Source: Alphaproteobacteria bacterium (GTDB lineage Bacteria > Pseudomonadota > Alphaproteobacteria > CADEGL01). From it: a stretch of DNA of 24,000 nucleotides. Shown here piece by piece: positions 8,503 through 17,477 of the stretch. The notes under the pieces are model-generated. The model saw nothing but the letters and a program-made list of their open reading frames with translations. It did no database searches and was not told where the DNA came from. The position numbers and the translations under genes were made by a program. The DNA is taken from positions 86,431 through 110,430 of the forward strand of contig CAXXKO010000028.1 in assembly GCA_963666705.2 (NCBI GenBank), read 5' to 3'. Position 1 is the stretch's first letter, and each line of letters begins with the position of its first letter.

Positions 8503-9143
8503 AGATCGGCGTCCTGATCTCGGGCCGGGGCACGAACCTTCAGGCCCTGATCGACCATTGCGCCGACGCATCGTTTCCGGCCCGGATCGCGGTCGTGATC
8601 TCGAACAAGGCGGACGCGGCGGGCCTCGCGCGGGCGGCCGAGGCGGGCATCGCGACGGCGGTCGTCCCGCATGGCGACCATGACGGGCGCGCCGCCTTCG
8701 ACGCCGCGATCGGCAAGGTGCTCGCGCGGCACGGGGTGGGGCTCGTCTGCCTCGCGGGCTTCATGCGGCTCCTGGGCGCCGAGTTCGTCGATGGGTGGCG
8801 CGACAGGCTGATCAATATCCACCCCTCCCTCCTGCCTGCCTTCAAGGGCCTCGATACCCATGCCCGGGCACTCGAGGCCGGCGTCAGGCTCACCGGCTGC
8901 ACCGTGCATTTCGTGCGCGCCGAGATGGACGAAGGGCCGATCATCGTCCAGGCCGCCGTGCCGGTGCGGCCCGATGACACGGAAGACACCCTGGCCGCCC
9001 GGGTGCTCGCGGCCGAGCACCGCGCCTACCCGCTGGCCGTTCGCCTGATCGCCCAGGGGCGGGTGCGAGTCGTGGGCGAGCGCGTGGAGATCGACGGCGC
9101 GCGGGTCCCCGACGCGGCAATGCTCAACCCGCGCGACGACTAG
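8490..9143 (+). CDS. purN: Phosphoribosylglycinamide formyltransferase
   Basis: 217 aa. [41 protein letters not shown] and GCTVHFV...MDEGPII are the PurN formyltransferase motifs. The GTG start overlaps the purM stop by 13 nt. Confidence 0.92.
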   Translation: MAALKIGVLISGRGTNLQALIDHCADASFPARIAVVISNKADAAGLARAAEAGIATAVVPHGDHDGRAAFDAAIGKVLARHGVGLVCLAGFMRLLGAEFVDGWRDRLINIHPSLLPAFKGLDTHARALEAGVRLTGCTVHFVRAEMDEGPIIVQAAVPVRPDDTEDTLAARVLAAEHRAYPLAVRLIAQGRVRVVGERVEIDGARVPDAAMLNPRDD

Positions 9144-9170
9144 AGCGTTTCCAGTTCGACTGGAATCGCT
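9144..9170. terminator. Stem-loop immediately after the purN stop (possible terminator, no U-tract)
   Basis: agcgtttccag / ttcga / ctggaatcgct. 11-bp stem with one mismatch and a 5-nt loop, starting 1 nt after the TAG. It lies in the convergent spacer shared with the lipoprotein gene. Confidence 0.3.
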
Positions 9171-9294
9171 CCAGGCCGCAAGGCGGCCCGCCGGTCGCCC
9201 GGCGCGCCCGCGCAGGCGCGGACCACTTGGTCCGCTGCCGCGAGCGACAAAAAAGGCTCGAGTGGGTCCGATCGAAGCGGAACCGCTCTTGGCG

Positions 9295-9690
9295 CTACGC
9301 GGCCCGGCGCCAGAGTGCGCGCATATGTTCGATGCGAGGGGCACAGCTATCATCGACCAGAAAGAACTGCGCCGTCCATTCGCTGACGGCGATGGCGACG
9401 GAGACGGTGTAGCGCCCCTCGACCCCGACGCAGGCCGCCGTGTCCGCGTCGTCGAGGATGGTGATGCCCACGCCCTCGACCGTGTAGCGCCCGGCAATCG
9501 GCGCCTCACCGTCCGCCGGAGTCACCAGGTAGGTGCCATCCTCGTTGAAGGCGATGGTGAGGCCGTCGACGGTGCTGCGCCAATTGCCGCGCAACAGCAG
9601 GCCGCGGTCCTCCTCGACGGCGAAGCGGTCGCAACCCATAAGCCCGACGGCCAATGACGCCAACAGAGCCGCGAGATGGAGCGCGCGCAT
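9295..9690 (-). CDS. Small putative lipoprotein, unknown function
   Basis: 131 aa from ATG 9688-9690, preceded by GGGAGGG. Signal peptide plus lipobox MRALHLAALLASLAVGLMGC. The mature part contains a repeated GRYTV motif and two further Cys residues. Confidence 0.6.
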   Translation of the reverse strand: MRALHLAALLASLAVGLMGCDRFAVEEDRGLLLRGNWRSTVDGLTIAFNEDGTYLVTPADGEAPIAGRYTVEGVGITILDDADTAACVGVEGRYTVSVAIAVSEWTAQFFLVDDSCAPRIEHMRALWRRAA

Positions 9691-9768
9691 ATTCCCTCCC
9701 CGCCGAAAGGCGCGATGGTGCCGGGCGCGGGCATCCGGCACAAGGCGGGAAGCGCGACGCCGGCGGGC

Positions 9769-10191
9769 TCAGCCGACGATATCGACCTCGCCGAAGAAGA
9801 AGCCGATCTCGCGCGCCGCGTTCTCGGCCGAATCCGAGCCGTGGGCCGAGTTGGCCTCGATCGATTCGGCGAACTCTCGACGGATGGTGCCCTCGGCCGC
9901 ATCGGCCGGGTCGGTGGCGCCCATCACCTCGCGGTTGCGGTCGACCGCGGCCTCGCCCTCGAGCACCTGGACGACGACGGGGCCCGAGGTCATGAACGTG
10001 CAAAGGCTGTCATAGAACGGCCGCTCCCTATGCACCGCGTAAAACTTCTCGGCCTGGGCGCGGGTCAGCCGCATGCGCTTCTGCGCCACGATGCGCAGGC
10101 CCGCGTCCTCGAGCAACGTATTGATGCGCCCGGTCAGGTTCCGGTGGGTGGCGTCCGGCTTGATGATCGAAAGGGTGCGTTCGACGGCCAT
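9769..10191 (-). CDS. ndk: Nucleoside-diphosphate kinase
   Basis: 140 aa. [14 protein letters not shown]...[14 protein letters not shown]...NSAHGSDS contains the active-site His motif and is full-length Ndk. Confidence 0.95.
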   Translation of the reverse strand: MAVERTLSIIKPDATHRNLTGRINTLLEDAGLRIVAQKRMRLTRAQAEKFYAVHRERPFYDSLCTFMTSGPVVVQVLEGEAAVDRNREVMGATDPADAAEGTIRREFAESIEANSAHGSDSAENAAREIGFFFGEVDIVG

Positions 10192-10272
10192 CTCTTCCCG
10201 TGCTCCTCTTCCGTGGCGCCCGTCCGGACGGCCTTATAGCGCATTATCCGACATGCTGGAACCGGCCCGCGC

Positions 10273-10722
10273 CTATGTCTTCCGTTCCCAGCCGCCGCGT
10301 TCGGTCTGACGCCAGTAGGTGACCGCGTGGCCCGCGTCCCGGTAGGCGGTCCAGCGCGCGCGCGCGGCGCTCACCGCGTCCGGGTCCCTGCCGTCGAAGA
10401 GCTCGCAGCAGATCTCGAACCCATCCACCATGCTGGTACGCGCGCCGTCGGCCAGGACCAGCACACTGGCCCCGTTCGGGTTCTCGTCCTCGGCCGTGAG
10501 GTAGACCGGCTGCCTGGCGGCGAAGCCGTCGCGCGCGCTGCCGTGGGGCAGGAAGCCGCGGTCGTCGTAGGTCCAGAGGAGCGCGTTCAGGTGCTCGACC
10601 CGCTCCTCCGAGCCGGCCATGACGACGGCGCGCGAGCCCCGCTCCAGCACCTTCTCCAGGAGCTCGGGGAGGGCCCGCTCGAGCGGCTTGCCCTGCAGGT
10701 GATAGAAGCGGATGTCGGTCAT
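10273..10722 (-). CDS. holC: DNA polymerase III subunit chi
   Basis: 149 aa from ATG 10720-10722. MTDIRFYHL...RAVVMAGSEERVEHLNALLWTYDDRGFLPHG is typical of HolC. It lies immediately downstream of pepA, as in E. coli. The ORF-track extension to 11181 overlaps pepA. Confidence 0.85.
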   Translation of the reverse strand: MTDIRFYHLQGKPLERALPELLEKVLERGSRAVVMAGSEERVEHLNALLWTYDDRGFLPHGSARDGFAARQPVYLTAEDENPNGASVLVLADGARTSMVDGFEICCELFDGRDPDAVSAARARWTAYRDAGHAVTYWRQTERGGWERKT

Positions 10723-10741
10723 GCGCCTCGAGCCGGGCCGC

Positions 10742-12241
10742 CTACTCCGCCTCGTAATGGTCGGCCACGAGGCGATCGAGGAGGCGCACGCCGAAGGCGG
10801 TGCCGCCCTTGGGCACCATGGCGGAATCCTTCTTGGACCAGGTGACGCCGGCGATGTCGAGATGCGCCCACGGCACCTTGTTGACGAAGCGCTGGAGGAA
10901 CTGGGCCGCCGTGATGCTGCCGGCACCGCCGCCGGTGGCGATGTTCTGCATGTCGGCGACGTCGCAATCGAGCGCCTTGTCGTAGGTCTCGTGCAGGGGA
11001 AAGCGCCACACCAGCTCCGAGACCGCCTCGCCCGCCGCGTGGAGGCGCTCCGCCAGTTCGTCGTCGTTGCTGAAGAGGCCGGCATGGACGTGGCCGAGCG
11101 CCACGATGATGGCGCCCGTGAGGGTGGCGAGATTGACCATGAACCGGGGCTTGAAACGGTCCTGGCAGTACCACAGGGCATCGGCCAGGACGAGCCGGCC
11201 CTCGGCGTCGGTGTTCAGCACCTCGATGGTCTGGCCGGACATGGAGGTGACGATGTCGCCGGGGCGCTGGGCGTCGCCATCGGGCATGTTCTCGACCAGA
11301 CCGACGATCCCGATCACATTGGCCTTGGCCTTGCGGCCGGCCAGCGCCTTCATGAGGCCGATGACCACGCCGGCCCCACCCATGTCCCACTTCATGTCCC
11401 ACATGCCAGCCCCGGGCTTGAGCGAGATGCCGCCCGTATCGAAGGTCACCCCCTTGCCCACGAAGGCTATCGGCTTCTCGCTTCCCGGCGCCGGGGCGCC
11501 GTCCCAGCGCATGACCACGAGCTGGGATTCGCGCCGGCTGCCCTGGCCGACGCCGAGCAGGGAGCCCATGCCGAGCTTCGCCATGCGTGCTTCGCCCAGC
11601 ACCTCGACCTTGACGCCGAGCTTGGTGAGCGCGCGGGCCTCTTTCGCCAGCGCGGCGGGGTAGAGGATGTTCGCGGGCTCCGACACCAGGTCGCGGGTCA
11701 GGAAGACGCCGTCGGCGATCTTGTCGAGCGGCCGGTAGGCCTTGCGCGCGGCCGCCGCATCGCGGACCAGGATGGTGAGGCGCTTGAGCCTCGGCTTCTT
11801 CTCGGCCTTCTCCTTGGTACGGTAGCGATCGAAGCGATAGCTGCGCAACCGTGCGCCGTAGCCGATGCCGGCGGCGAGCGCCGCCGTCCCCAGCTTGCTC
11901 TTGCGCACCGGGTCCACGGCCACGGCAACCGCGCCCTTGGCCCGGGCGAGGCGGGCATAGAGGGCACCGCCCACGGCGCCGGCGGCGAGGTCGTCGAGCT
12001 TCTCGGGCGCGCCGAGCCCGACGGCCACGACGCGGTCGAGCTTGGTGCCGGCGGGCGCCAGCAGCTCGACGATCTCCGCCTTCTTGCCCGTGAAGTCGCC
12101 GGCCGCGATGGCCCGCAAGAGCGCGCCGCCCAGGCGCTCGTCGACGCGCTTCACAGTGGCGCCGAGCTCGCCACCAGCGAGCGCGGTGACGACGAGAGTG
12201 CCGCTCGTGGGCAGCCTGGGTTCCGAAAAAGCGATGTCCAT
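10742..12241 (-). CDS. pepA: Leucyl aminopeptidase (M17 family)
   Basis: 499 aa. Contains GKGVTFDTGGISLKP and the M17 signature NTDAEGRLVLADAL. Confidence 0.95.
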   Translation of the reverse strand: MDIAFSEPRLPTSGTLVVTALAGGELGATVKRVDERLGGALLRAIAAGDFTGKKAEIVELLAPAGTKLDRVVAVGLGAPEKLDDLAAGAVGGALYARLARAKGAVAVAVDPVRKSKLGTAALAAGIGYGARLRSYRFDRYRTKEKAEKKPRLKRLTILVRDAAAARKAYRPLDKIADGVFLTRDLVSEPANILYPAALAKEARALTKLGVKVEVLGEARMAKLGMGSLLGVGQGSRRESQLVVMRWDGAPAPGSEKPIAFVGKGVTFDTGGISLKPGAGMWDMKWDMGGAGVVIGLMKALAGRKAKANVIGIVGLVENMPDGDAQRPGDIVTSMSGQTIEVLNTDAEGRLVLADALWYCQDRFKPRFMVNLATLTGAIIVALGHVHAGLFSNDDELAERLHAAGEAVSELVWRFPLHETYDKALDCDVADMQNIATGGGAGSITAAQFLQRFVNKVPWAHLDIAGVTWSKKDSAMVPKGGTAFGVRLLDRLVADHYEAE

Positions 12242-12292
12242 GTCCGTCCCTCCACAAATCTCGAGCCGCGTCCGGCGGGATTGCGGGCGACT

Positions 12293-13372
12293 TTAACGGA
12301 TCGTCAGCGGAAGGGAAGTGCCCTCGCGGCCCGGGGCGAGATAATTGAACATGCCCGGTATGCCGCGCCGCTCGCGCACGGCGAAGGCGATCAGGCCGGG
12401 CAAGCGGTCGGCCACATCCACCGAATAATGCAGCGGGTCCCAGTAGTTCTCATCGCGATCCGTGATCCGGGATTCGATCATGAAGTCGAGCACGTAGGCA
12501 TTCTCGTTTCGTGCGGCCAAGTCGGCAAGCCGTCGTTTGCATTCGGCCCACCGGGCGGCCTGCAGCGAGCCCGCCGCGGGCTGGGCGAAGAAGTGGTAGG
12601 GTGCGATCAGCAGGATCTTGAGCGTATCGTCGGGCAGCGCGCCCAGCATGGCGGCCAGGAGGTCGTGCGTGGCGTATATCCAGCCCGCGCGCTCGGCCGC
12701 CGTCGGGGCGGCGGGCGGCGCGGTGGCGGGCCTTCGGCGCGGCCCCAGTGCGCCGTATATATGGCCGCGGGCGCGTTCGAGATCGTACTCGTGGGCCGGT
12801 GGCAGGAAATCCGTATAGCCGTCGAGGCCATATTTGAGCGGGCGCAGGCCCGTCAGGTAGGCGAGCTGGCGCCCCGCTTCCTCGAGGGCCGGCAGGTTGA
12901 AGAGGTGCGCCAGGTCGTTGGCCCGATCGGTGTCGTACATCCAGGGCGGGAAAGGCCGCTCGGTGAAACGCGCGAAATCGTCCTCGACCTCGCACCAGAC
13001 CACGTCGATGCCAATGACGACGGCCCGCGCCGCCGGGTGGTGGCGGGCGAAGACCGCGAGGATACGCGACTGCTCGTACGCCGTGCCGCTGTTCATCGAG
13101 AGGTTGACGAAGGCGCCGCCGAGGGCCGCGTCGAGCGCGGCGGGGCGCAGGAGGCGGGTGGTCGAGGTGCCCACCACGGCGCTGTCGAAGCGTGGGCTTC
13201 GGGCGAGGGCGGGGAACGAGAAGCGCTGGTTGGTGGCGACGGGCGCGCGCGCGAGGTCGGGTGAGAACCAGACCGTGTCGTACGGGTCGATGAAGAGGAT
13301 GGTGGCGTAGAGCGCGGCCGCGGCGGCCACCGCCCACCCCACCGCCGTCCGCCAGAACCCACGCCATTCCAT
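12293..13372 (-). CDS. Membrane-anchored hypothetical protein, possible SGNH/DltD-like partner of the adjacent MBOAT
   Basis: 359 aa. A single N-terminal hydrophobic helix (WRTAVGWAVAAAAALYATILFI) followed by a soluble domain. Candidate SGNH blocks occur in the right order (VVGTSTT near residue 66, NLSMNSG, and a C-terminal WDPLHY, i.e. DxxH). The start is 12 nt after the MBOAT stop, preceded by GGGGGAAGGG. Function is inferred from context and weak motifs only. Confidence 0.6.
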   Translation of the reverse strand: MEWRGFWRTAVGWAVAAAAALYATILFIDPYDTVWFSPDLARAPVATNQRFSFPALARSPRFDSAVVGTSTTRLLRPAALDAALGGAFVNLSMNSGTAYEQSRILAVFARHHPAARAVVIGIDVVWCEVEDDFARFTERPFPPWMYDTDRANDLAHLFNLPALEEAGRQLAYLTGLRPLKYGLDGYTDFLPPAHEYDLERARGHIYGALGPRRRPATAPPAAPTAAERAGWIYATHDLLAAMLGALPDDTLKILLIAPYHFFAQPAAGSLQAARWAECKRRLADLAARNENAYVLDFMIESRITDRDENYWDPLHYSVDVADRLPGLIAFAVRERRGIPGMFNYLAPGREGTSLPLTIR

Positions 13373-13384
13373 CGCCCTTCCCCC

Positions 13385-14764
13385 TCAGAACTGGAAGTAG
13401 ATGAACTCGGCGTTCTCGCTCCCGCCAACCAACACGGTCATGTAGACGAGGGCGAGGCCGACACCGATCGCGCCAAGGCGGCTTGGGCGCAGGTGGTCGA
13501 GGGCGATGCGCTGGCTCGTCGGCAGGGCCAAGGCGACGGCAACCGCCACGGCGATCAGCCAGGCATCGGTGACGCCGACGGTGGCCTCCAGGCCCCGCGC
13601 CCCCACCATGGCCCACCAGATGTCCGCCGCCGCGGCGAAGCCCTCGGCCCGGAACACGACCCAGGCGAAAAACACGACCAGCATGGTAAGCAGCCAGGCC
13701 AAGGCGCGCGGCAGGGGGCGGCCCCGGGCCGACCAGGCGTGCTGGACGACGAGGGCCATGCCGTGAATGCCGCCCCAGGCCACGAAGGTCCAGGCCGCAC
13801 CGTGCCACAGGCCCCCCAGGAGCATGGTGAGCATGAGCGCCGCGACCATGCGGGCGCGGCCGTGGCGGCTGCCGCCGAGAGGGATATAGAGGTAGTCGCG
13901 CAGGAAGCGCGACAGGGTCATGTGCCAGCGGCGCCAGAAGTCCCTTATCGAATGTGCCCGGTAGGGGGCGTTGAAGTTGAGCGGCAGTGTGAATCCGAAC
14001 AGAAGGCCGAGCCCGATGGCCATATCGGAATAGCCGGAGAAATCGAAATAGATCTGCAGGCCGAAGGCGCCCGCCGCCGCCCAGGCCTCGGCCAGGCCAA
14101 GGGATTCGCCCATGCCGGCGGCGGCGTAGAGGGGATCGGCCACGCGCCCCAGGCCGTCGGCGATCAATGTCTTCTTCGCGAGGCCGAGAACGAACAGGAC
14201 GAGGCCCCGCGACAGGCGCTCGTCGAGCCCGTCCCGGCGCGGGTCCAAGGCGTATTGGTGGATGATTTCATTGTGGCGAACGATTGGCCCGGCAATAAGT
14301 TGCGGGAAAAAGCTGATGAACAGCGCGAACTCTGGGAAGCTGTAGAGCGGGGCCTGCCCACGGCGTAGATCGACGAGGTAGGAGATCTGCTGGAAGGTGA
14401 AGAAACTGATGCCGAGCGGCAAGACGATGCCCCACGGCTGGTGGTGCCATCCGAACACGCCGCCCAGGCTCTGGGAGAAGAAATCGGCATACTTGAAGAG
14501 GCCGAGGACCGCGAGGTTGAGGGCGACCCCCGCGGCGACGAGGAAGCGGCCCCTGCCACCGCCGAAGGCCCGCGCGAAGAGCCAGTTGACGCTGATCGAG
14601 CCGGCGAGAAGCGGCACCAGCCGGAGGTCCCAGTAGCCGTAGAAGACGAACGAGGCACCGATCAGGAGCCACATGGGGAGCCGCCCACGGGCAGCGGCGA
14701 GGTAGTAGGCCGCAAGCACGAGCGGCAGGAACAGAATGAGAAATACCTGGGACGAAAATAGCAT
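13385..14764 (-). CDS. MBOAT family O-acyltransferase (AlgI/DltB/PatA-like)
   Basis: 459 aa from ATG 14762-14764. The N-terminus MLFSSQVFLILFLPLVLAAYYL matches the AlgI-type N-terminus. Contains FWRRWHMTLSRFLRDYLYIPLGGSR and the catalytic-His region LGGLWHGAAWTF. The ORF-track extension to 15001 is Arg/Pro-rich and unlikely to be coding. Confidence 0.88.
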   Translation of the reverse strand: MLFSSQVFLILFLPLVLAAYYLAAARGRLPMWLLIGASFVFYGYWDLRLVPLLAGSISVNWLFARAFGGGRGRFLVAAGVALNLAVLGLFKYADFFSQSLGGVFGWHHQPWGIVLPLGISFFTFQQISYLVDLRRGQAPLYSFPEFALFISFFPQLIAGPIVRHNEIIHQYALDPRRDGLDERLSRGLVLFVLGLAKKTLIADGLGRVADPLYAAAGMGESLGLAEAWAAAGAFGLQIYFDFSGYSDMAIGLGLLFGFTLPLNFNAPYRAHSIRDFWRRWHMTLSRFLRDYLYIPLGGSRHGRARMVAALMLTMLLGGLWHGAAWTFVAWGGIHGMALVVQHAWSARGRPLPRALAWLLTMLVVFFAWVVFRAEGFAAAADIWWAMVGARGLEATVGVTDAWLIAVAVAVALALPTSQRIALDHLRPSRLGAIGVGLALVYMTVLVGGSENAEFIYFQF

Positions 14765-15226
14765 TCGATCTCGACCGCCACCCGGGGCCCGAAGCCGGGG
14801 CCAGAGGCGCCCGCCGGCGGCGGCGACCGCCGGCGGCGACGCACGACCGAGCCCTGGCCGGCGGCGCAGTCTAGTCAGCGTCCCCGAGCCCCACAAGCGG
14901 CGCGCGCAGGGCCAGGATGCCTTCCCCATCGCGCCCCAAAACGAAGATAGCGGAAGGCGTTTTCGATGGTGATTCGAGGGTGACAAAATCCCACAAGCCA
15001 CGGCTTCGAACTATGTCGCGTCAATCGCGGTCAATTACTTCCCACATACTTTCTCGGGCGAAAAAATATATTTGAATCAGGAGGATAAATCCGTTAAAGC
15101 AAACCGATGTCCATGGTGGATGCTTGTACCCATCCGCGGTGGCGTATTGGTGTGTTTCGAGGCGCACGCCACAATGAACGATATAGCCGCGTGTTTGCAG
15201 AGGCCAAGGGACCGGTCAGGCCACCC

Positions 15227-16357
15227 ATGAGAGCGATCAGCCGTTACATATTTCGCCAGCTCTTCGACGCGACCGTCTTCGTGACCATTGCCCTGGCCTG
15301 CGCCATCTGGCTGACGCAGTCGCTGCGGTTCGTCGAGCTGATCATCAATCGCGGGCTATCGCTGGGCGTCTTCGCCTACTTGACCATGCTGCTGTTGCCC
15401 ACCTTCCTTACGGTGATCCTGCCGATAGCGACTCTGAGCGCGATCCTCTTCGTCTACAACAAGCTGACCATCGACAGCGAGCTCGTGGTCCTGCGCGCCG
15501 CGGGCATGAGCCAGGGCTCCCTGGCCAAGCCGGCGCTCCTGCTGGCGGTCTTGGTTTCGGTGATCTGCCTCTCCCTCAACGTCTATTTCCTGCCCACCTC
15601 CTACCGCCAGTTCAAGGATCTCGAATTCACGATTCGCAACGACTATTCAGCCATCCTGCTCCAGGAGGGCGTGTTCAACACCTTGACCGAGGGGCTGACC
15701 GTCTATGTCCGGGCACGGGAAAGCAATGGCGAGCTGCTGGGCGTCCTGGTGCACGACAATCGCCAGCCGACCAAGCCCGTGACCATGATGGCGGAGCGCG
15801 GCGCGATGGTGGCTTCGGATTCCGGGCCGCGCGTCGTGATGTTCAAAGGCAACCGACAGGAGATCGAGCGCGCGAGTGGAGAATTGTCGCTGCTCTATTT
15901 CGACCGCTATATCTTCGATCTCGGTCAATTCACCGACGAGATCGAAGAGCGCTGGCGCGAGCCGCGCGAACGATACCTGCACGAGCTGTTCTTCCCCGAT
16001 TACGAGTCCGAGGCCGATTCCTACTACGCCGACAAGCTGATCGCCGAGGGGCACCAGAGGCTGGCCAACTCCTTCCTGGTCGTCGCTTTCGTGTTCGTCG
16101 GCCTCGCCGCCCTGCTCTCCGGCCAGTTCAACCGCCGCGGTCAGCTTCGACGGATCCTGGTCGCCGCGGGCCTGGTCGTGGCGATCCAGTCCGCCGGCCT
16201 CGGCCTGCACAATCTCACCTCCCGACTGCCGGCGGCGGCGCCGCTCATCTATCTCAACGTGCTACTACCGATCCTCATCAGCACCATCGTCCTCACGCAC
16301 CGGCCACGGCGACGGCGCGTCGGCTCGACCCCTCGCGCCGCCATGGGCGCGGGCTGA
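15227..16357 (+). CDS. lptF: LPS export ABC transporter permease LptF
   Basis: 376 aa from ATG 15227. MRAISRYIFRQLFDATVFVTIALACAIWLTQSLRFVELI is the YjgP/YjgQ permease N-terminus. It is followed directly by its paralog lptG. Confidence 0.88.
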   Translation: MRAISRYIFRQLFDATVFVTIALACAIWLTQSLRFVELIINRGLSLGVFAYLTMLLLPTFLTVILPIATLSAILFVYNKLTIDSELVVLRAAGMSQGSLAKPALLLAVLVSVICLSLNVYFLPTSYRQFKDLEFTIRNDYSAILLQEGVFNTLTEGLTVYVRARESNGELLGVLVHDNRQPTKPVTMMAERGAMVASDSGPRVVMFKGNRQEIERASGELSLLYFDRYIFDLGQFTDEIEERWREPRERYLHELFFPDYESEADSYYADKLIAEGHQRLANSFLVVAFVFVGLAALLSGQFNRRGQLRRILVAAGLVVAIQSAGLGLHNLTSRLPAAAPLIYLNVLLPILISTIVLTHRPRRRRVGSTPRAAMGAG

Positions 16358-16373
16358 GCGGGAGCGGGAAGCC

Positions 16374-17471
16374 ATGCGCGTCTCGACCACCCTCTCGCGC
16401 TACATCGGACGCCAGTTCCTGGTCTGGTTCGGTTCGATATTCGTGGCCATCGTGGGTGTCATCCTCATCTTCGACGTGGTCGAGTTGATGCGCCGGGCGT
16501 CCTCCAAGCCGGACGCGACCATGGGCATCGTGATCGACATGGCGTTGCTCAAGCTGCCCACGCTCGCGCAGGAGATCGTACCTTTCGCCGTTCTGTGGGG
16601 CGGGATGGTGGCCTTCTGGCGGCTCACCCGCAGCCGCGAGCTCGTGGTGGTGCGCGGCGCCGGCGTCTCGGCCTGGCAGTTCCTCCTGCCCGTCCTGCTT
16701 CTCGCCCTCATGATCGGCGTCTTCAAGATCGCGGCCTTCAATCCCCTCGCCTCGGTCACCCAGTCGCGCTACGAGCAGCTCGAGAACAAGTACCTGCGTG
16801 GCCGCACCAGCCTCCTCGCCGTCTCGAGCTCGGGCATCTGGCTGCGCCAGTCGGACGATTTCGGCCAATCGGTGATTCACGCCCGTCAGGTCTCGCCCCA
16901 GGGCATGGAGATGCAGGACGTGATCGTCTTCATGTTCGAGGGGACCGACAGGTTCGTCGGCCGTATCGACGCCGCGACGGCGATGCTCGAGGACGGCTAC
17001 TGGCATCTCCGGGAAAGCTGGATCATGGCGCCGGACGCACCGGCGCGGTTCGAGCCCGAGTTCACGGTCAAGACGGACCTCACCATCGACCGCATCCAGG
17101 AGAGCTTCGCCTCGCCCGAATCGATCTCGTTCTGGGACCTGCCCGGTTTCATCGAGGCGCTGGAGGAGGCCGGATTCTCGGGCCTGCGCCACCGGCTTTA
17201 CTGGCATTCGCTGCTCGCCGACCCGCTCCTCCTGGGTGCCATGGTCATGTTCGCGGCCGCGTTCACCCTGCGCACCTCGGTGCGCCGCGGAGCGGCCGCC
17301 ATGATGATCGGCGGCGGCGTCTTCACGGGCTTTCTCCTCTATTTCCTGTCGGACGTGGTCCTTGCGCTCGGCAAGGCCGCCACGATCCCCGTGGCCCTCG
17401 CCGCCTGGGCCCCGGCGATCGCGGCGCTCCTGATCGGCATCTCGATGTTGCTGCACACGGAAGAGGCCTAG
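16374..17471 (+). CDS. lptG: LPS export ABC transporter permease LptG
   Basis: 365 aa. LSRYIGRQFLVWFGSIFVAIVGVILIFDVVELMRR. YjgP/YjgQ family, with a periplasmic beta-jellyroll region between TM3 and TM4. Confidence 0.88.
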   Translation: MRVSTTLSRYIGRQFLVWFGSIFVAIVGVILIFDVVELMRRASSKPDATMGIVIDMALLKLPTLAQEIVPFAVLWGGMVAFWRLTRSRELVVVRGAGVSAWQFLLPVLLLALMIGVFKIAAFNPLASVTQSRYEQLENKYLRGRTSLLAVSSSGIWLRQSDDFGQSVIHARQVSPQGMEMQDVIVFMFEGTDRFVGRIDAATAMLEDGYWHLRESWIMAPDAPARFEPEFTVKTDLTIDRIQESFASPESISFWDLPGFIEALEEAGFSGLRHRLYWHSLLADPLLLGAMVMFAAAFTLRTSVRRGAAAMMIGGGVFTGFLLYFLSDVVLALGKAATIPVALAAWAPAIAALLIGISMLLHTEEA

Positions 17472-17477
17472 GCGGCC

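Noticed and set aside
9144-9175. TTCGA-containing stem-loop after purN as a tRNA T-arm or tRNA-derived att fragment
   Set aside because: The loop is 5 nt, not the 7-nt T-loop. No acceptor, D or anticodon arms can be drawn, and the upstream sequence is purN coding.
10712-13264. 850-aa ORF on the + strand, the longest in the window
   Set aside because: It lies entirely antisense to pepA and the MBOAT partner gene, both of which have clear motifs or protein-like composition. Its translation is Gly/Ala/Arg/Asp/His-rich low-complexity sequence with no motifs. This is a typical shadow ORF in roughly 70% GC DNA, where stop codons are rare.
14892-14906. 15-mer CACAAGCGGCGCGCG shared with the MITE core (22185-22199), suggesting a second degenerate copy upstream of the MBOAT gene
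   Set aside because: The flanking sequence shows no further similarity and no terminal-repeat sequence. With this GC bias, I estimate that a few exact 15-mer coincidences are expected by chance in 24 kb counted on both strands.
15107-15226. Upstream extensions offered by the ORF track (lptF from 15107; also rnd from 336, hdaA from 4882, AI-2E from 6561, DUF2066 from 7402, holC from 11181, MBOAT from 15001, pdxA from 20713)
   Set aside because: In each case an internal start reproduces the family-typical N-terminus, often with a Shine-Dalgarno or a 4-nt overlap with the preceding stop. The extension either overlaps the neighbouring gene or is Arg/Pro-rich.
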